Shown: one piece after another, positions 1 to 15,499 of the stretch
Numbering within the stretch: position 1 is the stretch's first letter
Layout: the number at the start of each line of letters is the position of its first letter
NCBI RefSeq assembly: GCF_009914755.1
Contig: NC_060926.1
Strand: one strand, 5' to 3'
Origin: the human T2T-CHM13v2.0 reference genome, Homo sapiens
Length of the DNA stretch: 64,000 nucleotides
The notes under the pieces: generated by a model
The model's input: the letters and a program-made list of their open reading frames with translations, nothing else
What the model was told of the DNA's origin: nothing
Database searches by the model: none
Translations under genes and position numbers: made by a program

Positions 1-430
1 GGTGAGGGACAGTTTACAATTTTAGATGGAGAGAACAGGGTGGGTGCCACTGAGAAGGCAGTTTGAGCAAAGATTCTAAGGAGACGAGGGAGTGGAGAAG
101 ATGACGTCCTGGAATGTTGCAGAGCCAGTGTGGCTGTCCCAGAGCAAGCAGGGTGAGGGGAGTAGGAATGGTGTCAGACTGGATGGGATTCTGCATGGCA
201 CTGTAAGGACAATGGCTTTTCCTCTAAGAGAAATGGCCATCATTGCACCATTTTGAGCAAAGGATTCAATTTGTTCATTAGGGATCACTACAGCTGCTGA
301 ATTAGAATAAGTGTAGGGGCCAGCACAGAGATGCAGAAACAGGTTAGGAAGCTGTTCTAATAATCCAGCGGAGAGGAGGTGGCAGCCAGGGAAGCAGAGC
401 CAGAGGAGTTGGATTCTGGAGAAATCTAGG
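1..430. mobile_element. L2 LINE fragment
   Basis: Degenerate L2-like text (ggatcactacagctgctg...tggattctggagaaat). Confidence 0.55.
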
Positions 431-1171
431 CCCAAAAACTTAAAAACAGTCTTGGAAATAGACTTGGAATTTTTCCAAGTACATATTCTGGAGTCATAAT
501 CTCAAGAAAATTTCTAGCACTGACCTACCCAAGACATTTGGAAGATTTGCTGTGTGTCAAGTATAACAGGAAGACTAAAGTTTCTCTTATTTTCCTGTCA
601 ATCTCATTCTCCATAATTATCTTTTTATATTTACATATGGACATTTGATAGGGAAGTGCAATCAGACTATTATAATGCAGTTCTTAAGACTATTTCCCCT
701 CCTACAGGTGGAGTTTTGCACATATATACCTGAACTATGCCTGTATTACACATAATTACACCTGCAGGTGTATCTAACTTCTTGAAAATATGAGTTATGG
801 ACAAATCAATGCATCAGTAATCAGATACTGAAAGTTAATTTTAATAGGCAATGCTTTTCCCAAGGCTATCAATCCTTCCATAACTCCATCAACATTTGTG
901 AGCCCTTATTCGCACCAAGCATTATCCAAAACACTAGAGAAACAAAAATGAACAAGCCACAGTCGTCTTTGGCTTCAAATCGCTGACAGTCTAGTAGAAG
1001 AGGCAAACATACAGCACAGCTTTAACTTCACCCTCTCTAAGACATCTTGCACTTAAGCCTACTCCTTCTGCAAACTGGCAGCAGTTGTAGCCCTCACACT
1101 CTGGCTGAACACCCTCTCGGGTTCTGCCTACAGCACCCCTGGAAGCAAATTTAAAACTTGCTAACAGAGGA

Positions 1172-1465
<294 letters not shown>

Positions 1466-2094
1466 AAGCTTGCTAGCAAGAGGCACTATCCACACCTTTG
1501 CTGCAGCATTTTAGGCAAAGGACTCTTCTAGTCTATTTGGGCTCTAGTTCACCCCTGGGGGTCCCTGGGCAAAAATAAAAAATAAAAATGAAAAAAGCAC
1601 AGAAGAAAGCATAAATACCTCCTCCTAGGGAGATGTTAAATTCGGATAAATACTAACCCTCAGGCATGGGGCCAGGGCATTGGTGCTGTTCAAAAGCTCT
1701 TTGGGTGATTCTCAGGTCCAGCCAAGGATGAGGAACCCCACAAGGAACTGCAGGTAGAGCACTTTCTTGCTACTGACAGCTCTTCTTTCAGGTGGTTAAA
1801 AGATAACAGCATGCTTCTGAAAAGCACTGTGGAGTATCTTTCTTGATTCTGCTCTTTAAACTATGGGCGTGTGAGAATTGCCCTCTTTCCCATGTAAAGA
1901 GAGTTGTTTGTGATGTCCAGCACCCCCTTACTACTTGTTCAAGGACATTTAGTTCCTAGTTCCTTGGTAATTCCTCCCTGTGCTGAATTCAATTTTTGTA
2001 ATTTGGCTACCAAGAATGTTTAATGCTGGTGGTCTATGCTCACATTTCTCAACCCCCAAATGCAAACTCCAGATGTCACCAGGCAACACTTTAC

Positions 2095-2221
2095 CTCCTC
2101 CTGCACCTAGGCCTTCCCAAGAAGAGTTAGCCAGCTCCTCCATGTATGTCTTGTAATTTGGGTCATGGCACAGAACTCTGTGCTTCTCAGTCATGAGACA
2201 CGAAACCATTGCATATCTATA
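2095..2221 (-). pseudogene. S28 pseudogene later exon, 3' part only: YRYAMVSCLMTEKHRVLCHDPNYKTYMEELANSSWEGLGAGG
   Basis: Resembles the S28 C..xxY..Y...L.N.SW.G..AGG segment preceding RQWxYQTC; donor GGA G|gtaaag; 5' part is replaced by an L1 fragment. Confidence 0.75.
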
Positions 2222-2234
2222 GACTGATGGTGTG

Positions 2235-2420
2235 TGGAGGTGGCAGAAGGGATTGACAATAAAGGGCTGGGAGAATTTGGTGGGTGATGATGGAAGTGTT
2301 CTACATCTTAGCTGTGACAGTGGTTGCTTGACTGCTTATGTTTGTCAAACTCAAAACCACACACTAAAGAAAGTAAAATTCACTGTATGTCAATTATGCC
2401 TCAATTTTTAAGAAATTTTT
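2235..2420 (+). mobile_element. Old L1 (L1MC/ME-like) 3' fragment abutting pseudogene exon
   Basis: gatggaagtgttctacatctt...tttgtcaaactc...gtcaattatgcctcaat resembles mammalian L1 3' ends. Confidence 0.7.
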
Positions 2421-3161
2421 AGAAAAGAATATACATGGAACTAGCTTTCAAGTCTAAATGAAATTTACATTTGCAACTTATTTTAAATGTCTAAAGTGAT
2501 TGCTTTTATTCAAAGAAGATACAAATGAAATAAATATAAATTCCTACAGGATGAGACTCCAGGTTACTTAGCCTGGAAGATGATTGCACGAAGCTTCTGC
2601 TTGTTTGGTTTTTCTCCTTGTAAAAGATGAAAAAAAAAATGCTCAACTCTCCTAACTGGTTGCAGGGATAACTTAAAAAAAAGCAAAAAACAAACAAAAA
2701 AAACCAGACAGTTGAAAATCTCCCGTGTGAGACACATTTCTTACAACTGCTCATTTACTTTAGCAATGGCAAGCAATCCCTGGGGTTGTTGGCCTGTGAA
2801 TAAATACTGCATTTTCACAACTTCCTAAAGTTATAAAACTTTGCCTGTACATTTGCCGTATTCTCAGGACAGCTTGTGCACAGCAGACATATAAGGCAGC
2901 ATGCCTGTCCCTGGGGAAGACAATCTAGATGAAAAGACAAGACAGAAAGCCGAAAAAACACAGGTAAATAAGCTGCTGATGGACTTTGCAGATAGGGGAA
3001 CAATATGGGCTTGAGTAGTTACTGGTGGCTTCTGGGAAAGATAGGAATTGAGATAAATCTGGAAAGTTGTATAGAGACGGTAAGACAGTGCCTTCTGGCA
3101 GCAGGAATGATCAGCGAGTAAGGACAGTGCAAACAGGAAAACACAGAAATGACCTGGCACA

Positions 3162-3485
3162 GGCCAGGCACGGTGGCTCACTCCTGTAATCCCAGCACTT
3201 TAGGAGGTCGAGGCGGGCAGATCACGAGGTCAGGAGATCAAGACCATCCTGGCTAACACAGGAAACCCTGTCTCTACTAAAAATACAAAAAATTAGCCGG
3301 GAGTGGTGGCCGGCACCCGTAGTCCCAGCTACTCAGGAGGCTGAGGCAGGAGAATGGCGTGAACCCGGGAGTCAGAGCTTGTACTGAGCTGAGATCGCAC
3401 CACTGCACTCCAGCCTGGGCGACAGAGTGAGACTCCGTCTCAAAAAAATAAAAAAAATAAAGATAAATAAAAAATAAAAAAAGAA
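3162..3485 (+). mobile_element. AluY-like
   Basis: gagatcaagaccatcctggctaacac and gaatggcgtgaacccggga diagnostics; TSD agaaatgacctggcac. Confidence 0.92.
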
Positions 3486-4111
3486 ATGACCTGGCACTAA
3501 AATCATCTGTCACCTTGACAGCAGGGTAGTGTCTTTTCAGCCAAGCAGTAAATCCAGGCTTGGATGGGTCTGGCAAACCCTGAAGCCTAAAGCTCAGCTT
3601 CCCTCCTTTCAGGAGGATTCAGCGGCCAAACCCAATTTCAGCCAGGTCAACATTTACCACGTAGCTTACTACATATCCAGAGGCCTATAGGGAACTGGTT
3701 GACAAAGTATGTCTGACGCTACATTATAATGAAGCTATATTATAATAAAGCATGGATTCAGTGTTTTTGGTTGAACCAAGGGAAGAGGCTTCAATAACGT
3801 ATTTTGCTGAGTGCATAATGTATTGTCATGGAATAAGTGACTTTTTTCCTCATTTCTCTGACTCTTTCTAGGGACAAATGTCAAACTTCACAATAGAACT
3901 ATACATTCAGGTCAGGATAAGGAAACCCACAAGATTTTCAGACTGTGTTCTACCACTTAATGCAAAAGGAACCTTCATATTTAATTTTAGTGTGCTCTCA
4001 GAATAAAAGATTAATTTTTTTAAATGACAGGCCAGAAGATTTAAAATTTGCAGTTACTGACCCACACAGATCCAAGGCTGTTCTGAAATTCTCTGGCCTA
4101 ATTCCCTTAAA

Positions 4112-4114
<3 letters not shown>

Positions 4115-4146
<32 letters not shown>
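4115..4146 (+). repeat. (CA)n microsatellite
   Basis: Direct CA run. Confidence 0.95.
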
Positions 4147-4148
<2 letters not shown>

Positions 4149-4151
4149 CAC

Positions 4152-4843
<692 letters not shown>

Positions 4844-6419
4844 ATTAGGGATCAAAGAGAAAAGTCAAGTCCTTCCACATCTGTCTTTTAGTCACTTTCC
4901 ATAGAACTCCACCCAGAATTATTGGGTGTGGTTTGATAAAAAGCCAAGCCAACATGTGCTGAAGGAAAGGATCTGGTTTGGATTGGTCAAGAACAAAGCG
5001 TGAGTGTGAATTGGAGCACTGGCTCTCATCAGATAACACCATCAGCTCCAGGAAGACAGTGTAGCATCAGTAGGGGTGGATGCGAGCAGTCTGCTGTGCC
5101 CAGTTAGCCATGTGATTACCTCCCTGTGCTTCAATGTTCTTAACTGGAAGCATAGAGATAAAAATGCTCCCCTCCAGAGCTATTCTTTCAAGGGAATGAC
5201 ATAAAGTTTGTGAAAATGCCCAGCAGAGTGTCTGGCACAGAATTAGTATTCAGTAAATCCATACTATCCCCATGACAGTGTGAACATTTAATTAAGGAAA
5301 AGACAGGAGGATGAACTCATTGGATTGACATAGAGTCTTTGCTCCAATCCAGTGATGTGTGGAATTGATCAATAAGCCACATGTCCAGATAAGAACATGG
5401 TCTGTAACAGCAGGACAAGTAAGCCAGGACCTTGGGGGTCAGGCAAGTTCAAATCGTGACCTGGCCTATAGTTCACAACACTTTGGATAAGCCACGGAAA
5501 CTGCTTAAGTCAGTTCCTCATCTGTAAAATTAAAGTAACACGGGGATGTTGTGAGGATTATAAAAGAGAAAGAACAGAGACTAGTTAGTATCGGGCTGAG
5601 GCCAGCTAAGCCTTGGTTTATGGAAGGTGCTATCAGTATTGTTCATTAACTATATGGAACTATTCAGAGAGCTTCAATGTTCATTTCTGGGCAAATTTGC
5701 TGTTTTCACAAGACCAATAAATAAGCCAAAGATGGCCTTCTATAGAGGATGCATGCTCTTGGCCTTCTATAGATAGATGGAATGATTCTATCAGCATTGG
5801 AAAGTAACCTCTGAATGATTTACCAGATCACTGGAGACCAGCCAGTATGTCCTGGACCTATTGTCATCTTTGCGGAGAGTTCCTGTGCAAGGAATGAGAG
5901 ACCTAATGCCCCACTGATAAAGCAAGCAACCACTCTTCCTTTAATCAGAGGCAAGACAGGTGGGCATAAAATCAGTGATTTATGGATAAAAGAAGCCAAG
6001 AATTCCTCGCTGTATAAATTACAGGGGACAGCACTGCTGCAAAAATGTGGATCTTGCATATCCACAAAAACATAAGAATGCATATTCAGTCAACTCAGTT
6101 ACTTAAAGTGATAGAAAGATTTATGCCAAACATGCAAACTAAGTGAAGAATATGCAAATTACACAGCATGTGCCAAATCTGTACTTTTGGAGAGAAATTG
6201 TTGAGAGGGTCTGCTACAGAGCAGTAGCCTCTTGATGGCCATTATTTTCCATTGGCTATGTCTAACTATTCCTATGAACTTCCTTCTGTAAAGAACCTAA
6301 ACACAGGAGTTATTTAAAATACAGAATAAGAGAGAGGCTTGTAGGGTTAAAATATATATATAGTTAAGTTTATGGTTTCACATTCAATAGAGATCACTTT
6401 CTAAAATTTTTTAATTTTT

Positions 6420-6545
6420 TAATTTAAAATTAAAGATGAGGTCTCTCTAGGTTGCCCAGGCTGGTCTTGAACTCCTGAGCTCAAGGAATCCACCCACCTT
6501 GGCCTCCCAAAGTGCTGGGATTACAGGCATGAGCCAGCCCATCTA
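6420..6545 (-). mobile_element. Alu monomer (FLAM-like)
   Basis: Antisense left-arm sequence. Confidence 0.8.
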
Positions 6546-6805
6546 GCATCTAAGGTTTTTTAAATCAAAGATTACAAAAAGTGGCTACATTCTAGCATAT
6601 AGTCATCATTATTTTATGTTTTGAAATAGCTTCTAAATATTTTAATATAAAAGATGGGTAAAATGTGAATTTTAAAATAATGTGGTAAAAGTTGTGCTCA
6701 TCGTTGAATTTGTGCCAACAGCCCCCAACCAATTCCTGGTCCTCAAGACTAGAGATGCACATTTTAGTGCCTAAAAAGAAGTCCGCAATGTTAACTCTCC
6801 AGTGT

Positions 6806-7130
<325 letters not shown>

Positions 7131-7955
7131 TGATTTCTTTAACCTACTCCTAATTTTGACAGCTCTCAGGAAGAGAATACCCACTTAGTTTCTGTTCTTT
7201 CTGTTCTTCCTCTCAGTCCTTTTCTTTCTTTCTCTATTTTGCTTGCTCAAAAGACATGTTGTCTTTATAAACCGAATGGCCTCTATAAAAGTGGCTGCCA
7301 GACTTTCCAGCAAATAGGCTGGATCCATTTCTGAGTTAATTTGGAGAGTTTTGCATACTCAGAGGAAAAGAAAAGCATGCATATAATTTCCATTCCACTG
7401 AAGTTAGAAATCCCAAATGTAGAAACAAAATGAGCCAATGCTAGAATCAATGCTGGATTTTGAATAATTTATATTGTTTCTAATAGGTTTATATGGGTCA
7501 TGTGATCAGTTCTAGCCAATATTTTTAATTTTCACTGAGAATGATTTGTAAATATAACTCCAATTCATTTTATGTACCACTGAAGCTTTCAAAGTGATTT
7601 TAATTAAAGTATTATATAAAAATAATGATGTTTGTTAAAGTGTTTTTATATCATTGTAAATAACATCACCCTAAAAATGAGAAGTTAAAAAAATTTGGTG
7701 TTTTTATGATTAATGTGAAGTGACACATCTAAGCTACCATCACTCATTTAGTGATATATTTATCACTGAACAAATTATGTTTATGCAACTTATGACACCT
7801 GGCCTTAAAATGATGCTTTTCTAAATGCTCTGCTACTGCCAATCATCATGGTCTCTTGGACTTTGGGACATTGTCAACTACTTACTCTATCAATAATCTC
7901 AAATTGCTATAAATGTCTGTTTGCTCTCTACTTTTTAGATTTCCTGATCACTAAT

Positions 7956-8357
7956 TGATGTGGTTTGGATATTTGTCCCCTCAAATCTCAAGTTGAAATG
8001 TGACACCCAATGTTGGAGGTAGGGCCTAGCGGGAAGTGTTGGCCATGAGACTGGAACCGTCATGAATGTCTTGGTGCCCTTCCTAAGGTAATGAGCGGTA
8101 ATGAGTTCAGGCAAGATCTGGTTGTTTAAAAAAGTGTAATACCTCCTCCCTCTCTCTCTCTCGCTCTTCTCACCATGTGATACTCTGGCTCCCCCTTTGC
8201 CTTCTGCCATGACTATAAGCTCCCTGAGGCCTCACTAGAAGCTGAGCAGATGCTGGTGCCATGCCTGTACAGCCTGCAGAACCATGCGCCAAATAAATCT
8301 CCTTTCTGTATAAATTACCCAGTATCCCTTTATAGCAAAGTGAAACAAACTAATACA
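7956..8357 (+). mobile_element. MST-family (MaLR) solo LTR
   Basis: tgatgtggtttgg...aactaataca; 5-bp TSD ctaat. Confidence 0.88.
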
Positions 8358-8882
8358 CTAATTAAATTAATTTATGCCTAGTGTGGTGGCTTGCATCTGT
8401 AGTTCCAGTTATCTGGGAGACTGAGGTGGGAAGATTGCTCAGAAAGGGGTCGGACACAAAATTAAAATTCAGTAAGTTACCTCTTAACTATTTTCATCAT
8501 TACTACGAATGAGACTCATTTGCCTTCCTCATTAAGGTTTTGTAGAAATGTGATTTTTTATTAGGCTTATTCTAGAGTTAGGCTTTTAGTTTTTATTTCT
8601 GAGCTTCCTTTAATATTTTACTTTGCTTCCATTAAAAGAAATGTGAAAAGAAAACATACCAAAGGAAATAAACTTCTATTCTTGTAGGCATTCAGTACTG
8701 GTGTTTTGGAAAATTTAAAGCAATATTATGTCCTTTTCTCATTCCTGTACAAAATGATACGTGCATTTATGGCATTTATGTGTATATACATTCATTTTAT
8801 CATAGCAGATGCATAGAAAAAATTCTGGAAAGAAGAATGGACACTAGATTCTTAACAATGATTGTCTCTAGGGATGAGATTA

Positions 8883-9249
<367 letters not shown>

Positions 9250-9855
9250 TTAGACCTTTTTATAATCATGCAAACAATGAAAATGTTAAAAGATAATTAT
9301 CTTTCCAATTACCTTGGTCAACACAATGCAAATTTTCTGTAAAGACAAGCACTACTGTTTGCATGTGTGTGTACACGTGTGTACAAATATTACAGAGCCC
9401 AAATGTCATGTAATAATGATGCCTAGATTACTGGGAGGAAGGAAAAGCTCTGTCTTCTGCCCATAGCCCTTATACCATTCTAACCCTGTGCTCACTATGT
9501 CTTGTTCCCCACTGCTTCCCTGAGATTCCCACCTAGTCTGGCCTAGAACACATGGTTTCATCATTCTGACCCAGATCCCACCTTTATCCCAGAGGACTTT
9601 GTGTTTGGAAGTGGCTGGTGGTGTTGGATGCTTCTCGACTTTTCAAAGTTTGAACTACCTGATGCTGTCCCCTCCCCCTAAGCTGAAATCTTATTCCATG
9701 TTCAGGCGTACTTCACACTAGGAGATTTCAGATTTCCCCAGAATAGAATTTACTCCTAGAAAGCAGCATCAGCTTTTAGAAGTTGGATTCCCTACCACAA
9801 GTTTCTAAATTCCCCGTGGATTTGCAATAGACAGGCTTGGTCAGGGCACTCATGA

Positions 9856-10236
<381 letters not shown>

Positions 10237-10907
10237 CTCATTCATAACCCCAATTAGCCATCTTGAAATCTTATGACCAAACATCTCTGGGCTCCAGTTT
10301 TCTTACCTCTGAACTGGACAGTGTGTCCTCTAAGACCCCTGTGAGGTCCAGCTTCTAGAATTCCATGGAACAATAGACACTGGGTAGGCTAGAAGAGACA
10401 AGGGAGGTGCTGGTAGGGGGGTGTTATAACCTTCAGGGCACAACCATCATGATTCAAGATAGCGTCTCCATGCCTGAAAGACCTGGTACAGCTTATGCAA
10501 AAACACTTCATCCTGCACAGTGTTTAGTTGAGGTATGCTGTTGACTCACCACTGGCTGACTGTGTATTTTCAGCAGGTTTCTTATTAGAGCTGCTAGATT
10601 TTCATAAATCCCTTCATAGTTGATAGGGTTAGAGGTTCTTTCATGGCACAAGCAGAGCACATAGGGATGAAACCTATATTCTGGATCTTATTAGAATCCA
10701 GAGCCTCTAAGGAAAGGATCAATAGGACTCTTGGATTTGCAATACATGAAGTCAGGTGTTAAGGAATTCCAAAAGAAGTAGCCAGAAACTATGCCTTAAA
10801 TGCTAGCATATGTTAAAAACTGCTCTCACTTGGAGAGGTTTAATTTGTCATGACACTGTTTTAAAGAGATTGTAAAACTTAACTTCATCTGATTAAAAGA
10901 AACGCTT

Positions 10908-11402
<495 letters not shown>

Positions 11403-12529
11403 CTAGCTGATCACAACACCCAGGTTATTTGATAAGCCTCCCTCAAAAATCACAGCCCTCTTTTCTGCCAAGATATAGAACCTCCAATTTGCCCCCTGGT
11501 GACCTTGACCATCTAGAAAGGGTAATTTAAGAAAATGACCTCCCTTTGTCTCTCCCTCTGCTCCCTGCCACACTGATGAATTTTATTATCAAAATTAATA
11601 CTTGGGAAACCAAGAGAGGGACAAAAGTGTGACTATTGGTTGAAAAAATCTGAATGTAAGTTTTCTGTGCCTCAGGTCCCTTCGTAACTAGCAAAATTCT
11701 CATTTAACAAAGCAGGTCCTCAGACAGTCCCAGAAGTGTCTTCTTGACCCTTCTTTCATATTTGGCCTAGTAAGAAACTGTTTCTTAACCCCTCCTTTTT
11801 TTTCTTTACCCTAAGACCCATTAAAATATACAACTATGAATGGCCTTTGAGGGACTATCTCCCAAAACAGTATCTGATCAGTCTTCAAGAAGGCAGTGAG
11901 AACCATTGTTTTATATCCTTTAATTATATCTTATTTTCATCTCTCACATTCTTTTCTTCTGTAGAACTCTCCTATTTTCTGATAAGAAACTCCTTTACTC
12001 TCATTTAAACTCCACAAAGCAATCAACCAAACACAAGACCTTCTTGTGCTGGAGGAAAACCTACCCCAAGTGTAAAAGATACTTGTGCTTGGTGTAAAAG
12101 AGACTCCTTTAAACGTGTCATGGTTTCAACAGCCCAAAGACCTCACATTATCCAAAACACTTACATTATCAGCTAAGAAGAATATTGCATGGGCTGGGGT
12201 CCAGGGTCCTTCCTTCCTCTCTTGGGGACTTCAAGGTGTCCCTTGATGGCACCTACTCTTGTGTACCTCCCTTGAGCTTCCTTCTGTGAAATCCAACATC
12301 TCTTTCTCTGAGCTCACCCCACACCCAACCAAAAAATATATCTATTCAATATCTACTACATGATAATGATGAACTATCAAAATTCTTTGATAGTGATAAA
12401 CCTCTGTAAGTTACCTCAAAGCAGCAGGCCTTAACTTAAGGAAATGTTAACAATGGTGGAAAATCCAAGTCCATGTCAGGTTTTCAGGGCCCACAATCTC
12501 TGTGTTCTCATGCACAAACTTTCACTTAC

Positions 12530-12663
12530 TTGAAATCTTTCGTCAGCTCATCATGGTTTGCTGAGCTTTTCAGCATCTCCACCATGATGTCAGAAGCCTG
12601 CCACAATTTCTGGGCATTCACTATTATGTGCAGCCAGAGAATTTTGCACAACTTCAAGGTAGT
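12530..12663 (-). pseudogene. S28 pseudogene exon 4: (D)YLEVVQNSLAAHNSECPEIV[fs]QASDIMVEMLKSSANHDELTKDF(K/N)
   Basis: Continues phase 1 from exon 3 (G+AC=Asp); pyrimidine tract present but acceptor reads ctat instead of ctag; frameshift at about 12601; donor AA|gtaagt. Confidence 0.85.
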
Positions 12664-12926
12664 ATAGAATACAGAAAAAAAATTAAACATGGTCATTTAA
12701 TATGACTTAATTTTGATAATTCAAGCACCAGAACAATTTAATTTCTTTTAAGTTTTCTTTGAACTTTCCTTAATATAGAGATCTAGGAATTGATGAATTT
12801 AATTATTTTTTCAGGATGGAACAAAAAGTCAATATGAGAGCAGAGAAGCAAAGCTATGTTCTGCAAGTCCTAATTAATCAATCAACTGGGACACAGTGAT
12901 TTCTAAAACATGCAAGAAAACAAAGA

Positions 12927-13212
12927 GGCCCAGCATAGTGGCTCACACCTGTAATCCCAGTACTTTAGGAGGCCAAAGCAGGAGGATTGCTTGAGGTCAG
13001 GAGTTCAAGATCAGCCTAGGCAACAGAGCAGGATCCTGTCTCTACAAAAAAAAGAAAAGAAAAAAAATTAGTCAGGTGTGGTGGGACATGCCTGAAGTCC
13101 CAGCCATCAGAAGACTGAGGCAGGAGGATCCCTTGGGCCCAGGAGTTTAAGGTTATACTGAGCTATGATTACACTACTGCATTCCAGCCTGGACAACAAA
13201 GCAAGACCCTGT

Positions 13213-13244
<32 letters not shown>

Positions 13245-13245
13245 G
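12927..13245 (+). mobile_element. AluJ-like
   Basis: Alu consensus with A-rich tail. Confidence 0.9.
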
Positions 13246-13903
13246 AGCAAACAAAGACTCTATTTGGGGACCTTATAGACTCAGAAGATAATAAGCTTAT
13301 AGTGAGGCTATAGAAACTGGAAATTGTATGCCATTTAATGCTTGTTCACCATGGAAACATTTACCATTAAAGCAAATGCTAGCTAAAGTGCATCTGAAAT
13401 TACCTGTCTCAGAAGTGTCTCTCCGATTAAAAGTTTTATGCCTTTCCCAGTTGAATGTAAATGATAGGTATTTAGCCATATACACCTCCCAAAATCCAAG
13501 ATGTTAATTGTATATAATTTTCCATAAAATAGTTAATTATTGTAGGTTATAGAAAGGAGAAGAATTAAAAGAAAATTCTGAAATTAGAAAAATATACCTA
13601 TCAAAAACAAGAACTTTTCTTTCATTTACCTGGAAATTCTGGATTATTATTTACTTCACTATTCAAGTTACAACTGAGCTAACCCACTTTAAAGGCAACC
13701 CAATCAGTTACTCTTAGAAATGGATAAATAACTGTCCATTAAATAACAATGTGTGGCCTGGGTGTCTCTCATGGAGCTATTATCACATAATGAGGTTGGA
13801 GGTAGGCACAGGTGCTATTGGATGACCATGAGGGTGATCAATGAACTTATCAAGTGAGTCATCCCCTTCCAGAACTATCTTTCTATATTAAATGTGTACT
13901 CAC

Positions 13904-14136
13904 CATAAAAATCAACTTTTGCTAAGAGTGATGCACTGCTGTCCACGACTGCAGCAAACAACTTGGAGTATTTTATTCTCAACCACACTTCAAGGGATCC
14001 TGCGCAAGAACCACCAAACACAACCCACAGGTTGTCAGCAAGTCCCATTTTCTCTGCCATGGTGGTTCAGAAGTTGGCAAGATTGGCCAAGGCTTGCCTG
14101 CTGCTGAGATAGTGGAGGCTAGAAATACTCAGGTCT
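13904..14136 (-). pseudogene. S28 pseudogene exon 3 (nucleophile exon): DLSISSLHYLSSRQALANLANF*TTMAEKMGLADNLWVVFGGSCAGSLEVWLRIKYSKLFAAVVDSSASLLAKVDFY
   Basis: Acceptor cttgtag|A GAC, donor TAT G|gtgagt; 233 nt; matches S28 YLSSxQALAD and WxxFGGSYxGSLxxWxRxKYP...SSAP; TGA at 14067-14069. Confidence 0.95.
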
Positions 14137-14809
14137 CTACAAGACTCTTTGTTTATGACAACAGATAGAGAGGAATGACAGACTACTTGACACATGCTTA
14201 ATGAGGCCAAAATGCAAGTGTGGAAGGCACATTGAGATCTATTCCCCCAACTTTGAATATTTTAATAAAGATGTCCAGAAGAGCATTCTGGTTAACAGTG
14301 ACACCTAAATGCAGGCAGGAGAAAGCAGAAGGAGCTATCGTTTCTCAAGTCTCATTTTCAGTATGGACTTCCCATCCTCAGCACAGGTTAGAAACTCCAG
14401 AGGGTCGCCTATCACAAGACATTCTTTCGTCTTGCCCTGTGCAAACTGAAATGAGGTAATGAACTTAGCAGCTTCACTCCAAGGGTAGCTCATACTTAAA
14501 AGAAATAAATTGACACTGCTTCATTGTTTTCCAAGAATTCAGAGAATCCATGGTTAATTGTGTAGAGAGTATTTCACAGTCTTTCTGGTTTGCCTGTTAA
14601 TATCCAGACTAAGCCAATACGAGCTTGGGTTTCCTAAGGTATGAAGGAATGAAAGAGCAATTTACCATTGAGCTGTTGTTCAGTGGGGCTTCCTATAATC
14701 CTACGGAAGCCTGTTGTTTGTGTTATTTGTGTGAAGTCTGTCTTTAATCCTCAACACCCAAAAAACCAATTCACCCTCCCCTCTCCTTGCTAGACCTAAT
14801 AATTTCAAA

Positions 14810-15490
14810 CAGTGTAATGCTCCAAGCTGCTGAATGCATATCTCAAAAAAACGGGCTAAGGATATAAAAAGACAATTCACAAAGAAGAAATGCAGATAGC
14901 CAATGAGCATGTGAAAAAAATGTAGTACTACTAATAATCATAAAAATGCTAGAAGCAGCCTGAGGTCTGTACATGCCTGGATTGCCTATTTCTGAATTTT
15001 TACGTGAGGGGACAAAAAAAATTCTGTCTGCTATTTAGGGTCTTATTACAACCAAAATTTATTCTAAATGAAACAAATTATACCCTTTAAAACAAACAAA
15101 CAGAAATGCACAAAACGATTCATGCACTAGGATGTTCTCTGCAGGGTTATTCACAATCGTGAAAAGAAGAAAGAATATAAATATCCAATAATCATTGGAA
15201 TGGTTATATGAATTTAACTCATCTGTTGAAGAGAATATATTTTCTATGACACCTTTGTAAACCATGGTTTTGAAAGCTATTTAATGTTATGGGAAAAAAC
15301 TTACAACAATGTCATTAGGGGAAAAAAGATCTAAACTTTAAACACAGTTTGACTCTGTTTTGGGAAAAAAAATCTACACATTTAGCCATAGAAAAAGAGC
15401 AAACAAATGTCTATGAAGCTTTTAGCAACAATTATCTCTGTAGGTCAGATTATGAGTAACATTTCTTTCTGTTTTTATAATCTTCTATAT
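14810..15490 (+). mobile_element. Old L1 (L1M) fragment
   Basis: gacaattcacaaagaagaaatgcagatagccaatgagcatgtgaaaa resembles the L1 ORF2 end and 3' UTR. Confidence 0.65.
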
Positions 15491-15499
15491 TTACTCCCT

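Noticed and set aside
1880-2030. Minus-strand ALNILGSQITKIEFSTG and VLDITNN loosely resemble the S28 pre-DPW region
   Set aside because: No DPW motif, no acceptor, and the RQWxYQTC segment should come first; probably chance.
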